Source: an uncultured Bacilli bacterium
Lineage (GTDB): Bacteria; Bacillota_I; Bacilli_A; RF39; UBA660
Assembly (NCBI GenBank): GCA_947593275.1
Contig: CANQDN010000001.1
Location: forward strand, 1 to 25,986
Reading direction: 5' to 3'
Length of the DNA: 25,986 bases
Each line of letters starts with the position of its first letter. The first letter of the stretch is position 1. Below are positions 1 through 6,700 of this stretch, piece after piece. The notes beneath the pieces are model-generated. The model did no database searches. It was not told the DNA's origin and was given only the letters and a program-made list of their open reading frames with translations. Position numbers and translations under genes: made by a program.

Positions 1-1
1 C

Positions 2-127
2 ACGAATGGTAATCTTGGATGGTATGAGGTTAATAATATGTTTGGAATTCGTCCAGTCATTAACCTCAAGTCTGATACAGAATTTACAGGCACAGGAATC
101 TCAACAGACCCATATGTAATAAAATAA
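2..127 (+). CDS. 3' end (partial) of surface-protein paralog A, same family as 15099-16565 and 21952-23394
   Basis: Manual translation from base 2: TNGNLGWYEVNNMFGIRPVINLKSDTEFTGTGISTDPYVIK*. This matches the tails GLRPVINLKSDTEF...GTSTNPYIVS and GFRPVINLKANTKF...GTSSNPYIVS of the two complete paralogs. Confidence 0.88.
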   Translation, partial: TNGNLGWYEVNNMFGIRPVINLKSDTEFTGTGISTDPYVIK

Positions 128-132
128 CTTAT

Positions 133-173
133 TCTTGCTCATAATGCAATACTCTAATTATTTATGGGCAAGA
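133..173 (+). repeat. Conserved post-stop hairpin, copy A
   Basis: Arms TCTTGCTCATAA (133-144) and TTATGGGCAAGA (162-173) form 12 bp with one T.G pair. Loop TGCAATACTCTAATTAT. Homologous to 16566-16604 and 23395-23437. Confidence 0.85.
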
Positions 174-196
174 GGCCCATCCTTTACGGCCAATAT

Positions 197-223
197 AAAA
201 GCAAAGATTTATTCTTTGTTTTT
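197..223 (+). terminator. Intrinsic terminator after paralog A
   Basis: Stem GCAAAGA/TCTTTGT followed by a T run. Confidence 0.6.
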
Positions 224-280
224 ATTTGGTATTTACTTTAAAATAAAAAAATAATATAATTAGTTTAGGAGTGATGATTT

Positions 281-976
281 TTGAAAGGATATACTATTTT
301 AAAGAGAGTAGTTGCTTATTTAATTGATATTTTATTAGTTACATTTATAAGTTCCGCACTTGCATATATTAGCTTTATTAATCCTAAGTATGATCAATAT
401 ATTGAAGTGTCTGATAAGTATAATGAAGTATTAGAAGAATACTATGATAAGGAAATAACTATGGAAGAATTTACTGAAAAGACGCAGGATCTTAGTTATA
501 GTTTAAATAAAAATGGTTATGTTTATATTATTGGAGATGTAGTTATAGCGTTCTTATATTTTGGAGTTTTTGCTTATTTTACTAATGGTCAGACTTTAGG
601 AAAGAAATTAATGAAGTTAAAGATAGTAAGTAATAAAGAAGGAAAAGAACTTAAAATATATAATTATTTTATTAGATTATTTATTTTAAATGGAGTTATT
701 TTAAGAATTATTACATTTATTGCAATATGGTTTAATAAAGGAACTTATTATTCTATTTATAACTTTGGGTCTAATTTTAGTACCCTTTTAGAGTTAGTAA
801 TATTCTTGATGATTTTATTTAATCAAGAAGGAAGAGGACTTCATGATATCTTAGCGGGTACTAAAGTAATTGATTTAAAAGATACTCAGATAAGTGATGC
901 TAAAGATAGTAAAGAAGAAGTAGAAATAATTAAACCAAAGAAAACTAATAAAAAGAAAAGTGAAGAAGATGAATAA
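281..976 (+). CDS. RDD family membrane protein
   Basis: N-terminal R-x-x-A-Y-L-I-D motif, GQTLGKKLMKLKIV and GRGLHDILAGTKVI motifs, and hydrophobic helices. TTG start after GGAG. Confidence 0.88.
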   Translation: MKGYTILKRVVAYLIDILLVTFISSALAYISFINPKYDQYIEVSDKYNEVLEEYYDKEITMEEFTEKTQDLSYSLNKNGYVYIIGDVVIAFLYFGVFAYFTNGQTLGKKLMKLKIVSNKEGKELKIYNYFIRLFILNGVILRIITFIAIWFNKGTYYSIYNFGSNFSTLLELVIFLMILFNQEGRGLHDILAGTKVIDLKDTQISDAKDSKEEVEIIKPKKTNKKKSEEDE

Positions 977-991
977 TTTTTCATCTTTTTT
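966..991 (+). terminator. Intrinsic terminator after RDD gene
   Basis: Stem AAGATGAA/TTCATCTT followed by Ts. Confidence 0.65.
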
Positions 992-992
992 C

Positions 993-1023
993 TTGACTTT
1001 AACCTTAGGTAATACTTTATAAT
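993..1023 (+). promoter_or_regulatory. MerR-type promoter with 19-bp spacer
   Basis: TTGACT (993-998), 19 bp, TATAAT (1018-1023). The spacer carries the dyad ACCT-T-AGGT and lies directly upstream of a MerR gene. Confidence 0.75.
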
Positions 1024-1043
1024 GGAACTAGAAAGGAGAAGTT

Positions 1044-1685
1044 ATGAAAATAAATGAAGTAGCTAGTATTGTTGGTTTAACGCATAAAAGTATTAGGTAT
1101 TATGAATCAGAGGGACTTTTTAGACCTAAAAGAAATGATAATCAATATAGGGAATATGATCAGGATGATATAAAGAGATTAAGGCTTATCAAGTTTTTAA
1201 GGGAACTAAATATACCTATCTCGGATATTAAAAAGATGCAAAATAAAGAGTTAAAACTAACGGTTGCTATGAAAGAGCAAATTAAAAAGCTAGAAGAAGC
1301 GGAAAAGAATTTTTTAACTATTAAGAATATGTGTAAAGAAATAATTAATAAAGATGAAGATTATGATAGTATTGATGTTACACAATATGAGAAAGTTCTT
1401 TATATTTTAGAAAAGAGGGGATTTACTATTAAAGATCAAGAGAAAGATAATTCTAAAAAAATATTGGGAGCTGTTTTATCGAGTTTAGTTTTTAGTGCTT
1501 TATTTATATTTTTAGCAATTATTATTACTTATTTTGAATTTACAGAGGAAGATACTATACCTTGGGTAATTTATGTATTTTTTATGTTTATTTTAGTGAT
1601 TCCGGTTTTAGGAATATTAATTAATTTAGTGAGAAGAATTAAAGAAATTAAAGGAGGAGAAGAATATGAAGCTCGTAAATATTGA
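1044..1685 (+). CDS. MerR family transcriptional regulator with two C-terminal transmembrane helices
   Basis: MKINEVASIVGLTHKSIRYYESEGLFRPKR...YREY...LRLIKFLRELNIPISDIK is a MerR HTH. Two hydrophobic segments lie near the C terminus. Confidence 0.88.
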   Translation: MKINEVASIVGLTHKSIRYYESEGLFRPKRNDNQYREYDQDDIKRLRLIKFLRELNIPISDIKKMQNKELKLTVAMKEQIKKLEEAEKNFLTIKNMCKEIINKDEDYDSIDVTQYEKVLYILEKRGFTIKDQEKDNSKKILGAVLSSLVFSALFIFLAIIITYFEFTEEDTIPWVIYVFFMFILVIPVLGILINLVRRIKEIKGGEEYEARKY

Positions 1686-1983
1686 TTATTTACCGAATGA
1701 AGAAATAACTGAAGTATTAGGATTAGTTAAAGGGACTATTGTGCAGTCGAAAAATATTGGAAGAGATTTTATGGCTGGAATGAAAACTATTGTTGGTGGA
1801 GAAATTGTCGGATATACAGATATGCTTATTACGGCAAGACAAATAGCAACGAAAAGAATGGTTGATGAAGCAGAAAATTTGGGGGCAGATGCGATAATTA
1901 ATATTCGTTTTGGTTCATCTTCAGTTATGAATGGGGCAGCGGAGGTAATTGCGTACGGAACAGCAGTTAAAATAAAAAAATAA
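1666..1983 (+). CDS. YbjQ/UPF0145 family protein
   Basis: LGLVKGTIVQSKNIGRD...GGEIVGYTDML...A...MVDEAENLGADAIINIRF...AYGTAV is the typical UPF0145 pattern. Overlaps the MerR gene by 20 nt. Confidence 0.9.
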   Translation: MKLVNIDYLPNEEITEVLGLVKGTIVQSKNIGRDFMAGMKTIVGGEIVGYTDMLITARQIATKRMVDEAENLGADAIINIRFGSSSVMNGAAEVIAYGTAVKIKK

Positions 1984-2044
1984 TTATTTATAAGCATAAA
2001 TTAAAATATTTTGGCTAAAAATAACTAAAAAGAGATGATATAAT

Positions 2045-2842
2045 TTGAAAAAGAAAAAAATAGCTTTAGTTTTTATATTTATATCTTTAGTTATGGTTAG
2101 CTATTCGATATTTAAAATTAGTAATTGGTTTATTGATACTAATAAACTTAAGAAAATGGAAGAAAGTTTTAAAAGTGTTTATCAAGAGGTAATAGATTCT
2201 AAGAATTTATATTTAATTAATCCACCGGAAGATGAAAAAGATCAGTATTATGAATATATAAATGAACCTTTTTTACAAGTAGATTTTACTAATTTATTAA
2301 ATGTAAATAAAGATACTGTAGCGTGGATTCAAGTGTTGGGGACAAGTATTGATTATCCGGTTGTTCAGGGGCTTGATAACGAGTATTATTTAGAGCATTC
2401 TTTTGATAAAAGTACAAATATAGCGGGTTGGGTTTTTTCAGATTTTCGCAATAATTTTACTTATCCGAATAATAATAGTATTATTTATGCCCATAAAATG
2501 ACGAATAAAACGATGTTTGGAAGTTTACCGACTCTATTATCAGAGGAATGGCAGGAAGATAAGTCAAAACATTTAATTAAAATATCTACACCGGATAGTA
2601 ATATGATTTATGAAATATTTAGTGTATATATTATTCCGGAAGAGAGTTATTATATTAAAACACAGTTTAAAGATGAAGAAGAATATAAGACTTTTTTAAA
2701 TACTATTAAAGGTAGAAGTATTCATGATTTTAATACAACATTAAATAATGAAGATAAAGTTCTTACGTTGTCTACTTGTCAGGATTATAACGGAAATAGA
2801 TTGGTTGTACATGCCAAGCTAATAAAAAAAGGGAACAGATAG
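2045..2842 (+). CDS. srtB: Class B sortase
   Basis: N-terminal membrane anchor, WIQVLGTSIDYPVVQG-x-DNEYYLEH, IIYAH, catalytic TLSTC and downstream RLVVHAKL. Confidence 0.88.
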   Translation: MKKKKIALVFIFISLVMVSYSIFKISNWFIDTNKLKKMEESFKSVYQEVIDSKNLYLINPPEDEKDQYYEYINEPFLQVDFTNLLNVNKDTVAWIQVLGTSIDYPVVQGLDNEYYLEHSFDKSTNIAGWVFSDFRNNFTYPNNNSIIYAHKMTNKTMFGSLPTLLSEEWQEDKSKHLIKISTPDSNMIYEIFSVYIIPEESYYIKTQFKDEEEYKTFLNTIKGRSIHDFNTTLNNEDKVLTLSTCQDYNGNRLVVHAKLIKKGNR

Positions 2843-2852
2843 TTCCTTTTTT
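2824..2852. terminator. Bidirectional terminator between sortase and convergent gene
   Basis: A-run GGAAC-AGATA-GTTCC T-run. Confidence 0.7.
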
Positions 2853-2869
2853 AAGTGTTTAATTTTTTA

Positions 2870-3610
2870 TTAAGCATTTAATTTTTTGTAATTTATTCCA
2901 AGGCCAAATAAACCGAATAAGCAAGTTGCTGTAAGTAAGCCTAGGTTATCAAAAGTTGCAGGACTTTCTTGTTCTTCAAAGTATTCTTCTAGTTCATTTA
3001 AAGCAAGTTCAACACCGGATGCGATAGCTTGTGATTCGCCATCTTTTTCAATTATCGCGGGATCACTATCACTAGGTACCCAAAGAGTAGGTTTATCTTC
3101 AGATTCTGTATCATTAACAATTTTTGCATCATCAATAATTAAGTGATTTATATCTTCAACACTACTTCCTTGACCAAGTTCTATACCCCCAAAACCATTG
3201 CCAGATACGTCAATTTTTCCTACTAAAGTAACGTTTGAACCATTAACTAAAAGAGCAGCGTTACCTCCAGTAAGTTTTATATCTTTAATAGTCGCGGTTG
3301 TTTTATATACTTGAATTACATAAATACCACCCCATACAGTATTTTCAGAACTATTTTCGTTTCCGAATTTGCCAGTATAACGCATGGTGTGTCCTCCTCC
3401 ATCAATAGTTACAGGACGAGTAATATTAATTTTTTGAGTTGTGTCAATATCTTTTCCTAAAAGAATACTAGTAACATTTTCATCCTTTAAAGCTTCTAAT
3501 AAAGCAGATTCACTAGTTACAGTTCTTGATTCAGCAGCGTGGACGTTTATAAATGGAATGAGCACTATAAGAACAAGTAACAAAGCAAATATTTTATTAG
3601 TTTTTTTCAT
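2870..3610 (-). CDS. Secreted, probably cell-wall-anchored protein with a beta-helix-like adhesive region and SPATF-D sorting signal
   Basis: Signal peptide ending VHA-AE, TVTSESALLEAL...VTIDGGGHT repeats typical of parallel beta-helix adhesins, and C-terminal ESPATFD + hydrophobic stretch + KK. Confidence 0.65.
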   Translation of the reverse strand: MKKTNKIFALLLVLIVLIPFINVHAAESRTVTSESALLEALKDENVTSILLGKDIDTTQKINITRPVTIDGGGHTMRYTGKFGNENSSENTVWGGIYVIQVYKTTATIKDIKLTGGNAALLVNGSNVTLVGKIDVSGNGFGGIELGQGSSVEDINHLIIDDAKIVNDTESEDKPTLWVPSDSDPAIIEKDGESQAIASGVELALNELEEYFEEQESPATFDNLGLLTATCLFGLFGLGINYKKLNA

Positions 3611-3765
3611 CTCTTTGCAATCTCCTTTCTATTTTTATTTTGGTTGTTAGTTTTAAAATTATACTCGAAAATTGTCAATTTTTGTAATAATAATTGCGTT
3701 AAAAGTTTTTATTGTAAAACGCATGTTCATGTGATATGATGGTATTATTCAGGGAGGATAAAATT

Positions 3766-4092
3766 ATGCAAAACAAATTAGAGACTATTTCAAATTTATT
3801 TGAAGGAAAGGAAATAAGAAGTATTTGGGATAGTGAAAAAGAAGAATATTATTTTAGTGTAGTGGATGTTATTGAAGTTTTGACTGATAATGATTATGTT
3901 AAAGCTAGAAATTATTGGAAATGGTTAAAAGGTAAATTAAGTGATGAGGGAAGTCAGTTGGTTAGAAATACTAACCAACTGAAAATGAAAGCCCAAGATG
4001 GAAAATATTATAAAACTGATGCTTTGGATACAAAAAATATATTAAGATTGATTATCCCTAATCTTAAAACTGAAGTGTTAAGTACCAAATGA
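3766..4092 (+). pseudogene. Truncated BRO-N (prophage antirepressor-like) gene
   Basis: LFEGKEIRSIWD...YYFSVVDVIEVLT...ARNYWKWLK...QLKMKAQDGK...TD is BRO-N-like. ATG at 3766 follows GGAGG. The reading decays to IIPNLKTEV and stops where the family normally continues QSIPSPKAEPFKLW. Confidence 0.6.
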
Positions 4093-4165
4093 CATAGATG
4101 TTTTACTATTATTTAGATTACATACTTTGGTATTCTAATATCGAAGTTAATAAAGAGAGTTTAAT

Positions 4166-4189
4166 ATTTTGCAGACGCGTCTGCAAAAT
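4166..4189. repeat. Perfect 24-bp palindrome
   Basis: ATTTTGCAGACGCGTCTGCAAAAT equals its own reverse complement. It is GC-rich relative to its surroundings and sits just upstream of the AAGGAGG RBS of the next gene. Confidence 0.9.
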
Positions 4190-4209
4190 TAAAAAAAGGA
4201 GGAATTAAA

Positions 4210-5229
4210 ATGTTGACAACTGAAGCAAGAGATTTTAAAACCGCTATAAATGAAATAGTATCAAAAATTGAAGAAACACAATTAGCAATATTTCAATCAG
4301 CTAATGCAAATGTTATGGATTTGTATTTTTATATTGGAAAAATTATTGATGATAGAATTAAATGGGGAAATAAGTTTGTAGATGAATTATCCATTGAATT
4401 AAAACTTAAATTTCCTAACTCTAAAGGATATTCTCCTAGAAATCTTCGTAATATGAGAAAATATTATTTGTCTGTTAAAGACGATGAAAAATTAAAAGAA
4501 TACTCTTATAAAATTCCTTGGTCACATAATTCAATAATAATGGATCGGGTTAAGAACAATAATCAAAAAATATGGTATATAAAAGAAACTTATAATAATG
4601 GTTGGAGTTATGATTATTTAGAAATTCAAATAAAGCGAGAAGCTTATAAAAGACAAATTCTCGGAGATAAGCCTAATAACTTCAAATTAACTCTTTTACA
4701 ACCTCAAAGTTTATTGGCAAAAGAAATTATGAAAGATCCTTATATATTTGATGTTGGTGCTCTACGTGAGAATTTTGTAGAAAAAGATATTGAAAATGCG
4801 ATGATAGATAGAATTAAAATGACTTTATTAGAGTTAGGAAATGGATTTAGTTTTATTGCTAATCAATATAGAGTTACAGTTAATGATGAAGAGAATTTTA
4901 TTGACCTGTTATTTTATCATACAAAATTACATTGTTATATTGCAATTGAACTTAAAAATAAAAAATTTATACCAGAATATGCAGGCAAAATGAATTATTA
5001 TTTATCTGCACTAGATGATATGTTAAAAACAGAATTAGATAATCCATCTATAGGTATTATACTTGTCAGAAATAAGAATAAATTAAATGTAGAATATGCA
5101 CTAAGAGATATAAATAAACCAATTGGAGTTAGCTCATATGAATTATCAGAATATTTACCACCTGAAATTTTAAGGGAATTACCAACTGAAGAAGAATTAA
5201 ATTTACATATTGATTTAGAAAATAAATAG
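4210..5229 (+). CDS. YhcG/DUF1016 family PD-(D/E)xK nuclease-domain protein
   Basis: LYFYIGKII, KGYSPRNLRNMRKYY, IPWSHN, IMKDPYIFD, ELGNGFSFIANQY, FIDLLFYHTKLHCYIAIELK and YAGKMNYYL motifs. Confidence 0.92.
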   Translation: MLTTEARDFKTAINEIVSKIEETQLAIFQSANANVMDLYFYIGKIIDDRIKWGNKFVDELSIELKLKFPNSKGYSPRNLRNMRKYYLSVKDDEKLKEYSYKIPWSHNSIIMDRVKNNNQKIWYIKETYNNGWSYDYLEIQIKREAYKRQILGDKPNNFKLTLLQPQSLLAKEIMKDPYIFDVGALRENFVEKDIENAMIDRIKMTLLELGNGFSFIANQYRVTVNDEENFIDLLFYHTKLHCYIAIELKNKKFIPEYAGKMNYYLSALDDMLKTELDNPSIGIILVRNKNKLNVEYALRDINKPIGVSSYELSEYLPPEILRELPTEEELNLHIDLENK

Positions 5230-5297
5230 GTAAATCTATAATTAGTAATCAAAATAATCTTAATTACCAATATTTAGAAGAAACTAAATTAAAAAAT

Positions 5298-5321
5298 AAA
5301 AAAACTCCAATAAAAATGGAG
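5298..5321 (-). terminator. Terminator of the tRNA transcript
   Basis: CTCCA/TGGAG stem with an A run on its left, which is a U tract on the minus strand, just past the tRNA 3' end. Confidence 0.55.
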
Positions 5322-5335
5322 ACTAAATTTCAAAA

Positions 5336-5409
5336 TGGTGCTGAATGACTGAATTGAACAGTCCTCTGAAGCTTACCATGCTTCCGTTCTACCACTAAAC
5401 TAAATCAGC
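5336..5409 (-). tRNA. tRNA-Thr(GGT)
   Basis: The reverse complement folds as a 74-nt cloverleaf: acceptor GCTGATT/ATTCAGC (one mismatch), D arm GTTT/GAAC, anticodon arm GAAGC-ATGGTAA-GCTTC, T arm GACTG-TTCAATT-CAGTC, and encoded ACCA end. Confidence 0.95.
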
Positions 5410-5482
5410 ATATAAAAATTATAGCAATAAACTAGATATAAATCAATATGTATGATATAATTTTAATGAAAGTTGGTGGATT

Positions 5483-6193
5483 ATGGATGTACCTAATCAT
5501 GTAGCAATTATTATGGATGGCAATGGAAGATGGGCTCAAAAGCAAGGTTTAAAACGGAGTGCTGGACATCTTGAGGGCAGTAAAACATTAGAAAAAATTG
5601 CTATACACGCGAAAAAGATGGGGGTTAAAGTTTTAAGTGTTTATGCTTTTTCAACGGACAATTTTAAAAGGGATAAAGAAGAAGTAGATTATTTAATGGA
5701 TTTAATTATTAAGTATTTTAATACTAAATTTGATAAACTAGCTAAAAATGGAATTAAAGTGGTAGTTTCAGGACGAAGGAATAATATCCGGGAAGATGTA
5801 AAACAAGCGATAGAAACTGTTGAAGAAAAGACTAAAGATAATAAAGAAGCTATTTTAAATATTTGTTTTAATTATGGAGGTCAAGAAGAAATAATTGATG
5901 GAGCAATTAGGCTTGCTCAAGATCTAAATAAAGGACTTAAAATAGATAATTTTAAGAGAGAAGATTTTTATAAATACTTATATCATGATTTACCACCAAT
6001 TGATTTACTTATTAGAACGGGTGGAGAATATAGAGTAAGTAACTTTATGTTATATCAAATGAGTTACAGTGAATTTTATTTTACTAATACTTATTTTCCG
6101 GATTTTGATAAGTCAGAATTTAATAAAGCTATATTTACTTTCCAAAATAGAGATAGAAGATTTGGGGGTATAAATGATAAAAAAAGTAGTTAG
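5483..6193 (+). CDS. uppS: Isoprenyl transferase (undecaprenyl diphosphate synthase)
   Basis: PNHVAIIMDGNGRWA, YAFSTDNFKR, NYGGQEEI, IDLLIRTGGEYRVSNFMLYQ and RDRRFGG motifs. Confidence 0.96.
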   Translation: MDVPNHVAIIMDGNGRWAQKQGLKRSAGHLEGSKTLEKIAIHAKKMGVKVLSVYAFSTDNFKRDKEEVDYLMDLIIKYFNTKFDKLAKNGIKVVVSGRRNNIREDVKQAIETVEEKTKDNKEAILNICFNYGGQEEIIDGAIRLAQDLNKGLKIDNFKREDFYKYLYHDLPPIDLLIRTGGEYRVSNFMLYQMSYSEFYFTNTYFPDFDKSEFNKAIFTFQNRDRRFGGINDKKSS

Positions 6194-6629
6194 TTTTTTT
6201 GATAGGCATCGTTTTATTTTTGTTTTAGTTATTTTGTTTTTAGTAAGTTTTATTTTTATTGGGGTAAAAATATTTACATTTTTAAATCATAAGTTTGAAG
6301 CTTTAAGTTGTAAAGATAAGATAAAAGAGACAACATGTATGGTTGGGAATAAAGAGATATTTTTAGAGCCAGAAGAAGAAATTAACAAGCTTTTTAAAGA
6401 ATACGATAAGGAAATTAAGGATTTAAAAGAGCAATATAATTTGCCAGAATTTAATTTTTATACAGCGTATTATTACTATTTAGTCTCGAAGATTGACTAT
6501 CAGATGTATGGAAGAAATGAATCTATTATGGATTATTTATATATCTATATTAATACGTATAATTTAGAAGAATTTTATCAAAAAAATAATGTTTTTTATG
6601 AAATATTTTATCCTTATAAAATAATCTAA
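6174..6629 (+). CDS. Hypothetical single-pass membrane protein
   Basis: 151-aa ORF coupled to uppS (20-nt overlap) with one N-terminal hydrophobic helix and no recognised motif. Confidence 0.65.
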   Translation: MIKKVVSFFDRHRFIFVLVILFLVSFIFIGVKIFTFLNHKFEALSCKDKIKETTCMVGNKEIFLEPEEEINKLFKEYDKEIKDLKEQYNLPEFNFYTAYYYYLVSKIDYQMYGRNESIMDYLYIYINTYNLEEFYQKNNVFYEIFYPYKII

Positions 6630-6700
6630 AAAAACTTTTTACTTTTAATATAATTTGTAGTATAATACTTTTAGAATTTTTTAGTGAAAGGAACTTTTTT

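Noticed and set aside
1686-1997. Minus-strand ORF of 103 aa
   Set aside because: Antisense shadow of the YbjQ gene.
3441-3650. Plus-strand ORF of 69 aa
   Set aside because: Antisense shadow of the sortase-substrate gene.
3620-3760. att duplication of the tRNA-Thr 3' end bounding the islet
   Set aside because: No second copy of TGGTGCTGA was found on the far side of the BRO/YhcG genes.
4998-5270. Minus-strand ORF of 90 aa
   Set aside because: Antisense shadow of the YhcG gene.
5370-5376. Purine at position 32 of the tRNA anticodon loop as a sign of a pseudo-tRNA
   Set aside because: The ATGGTAA loop is also found in B. subtilis tRNA-Thr(GGT), and the other arms fold normally.
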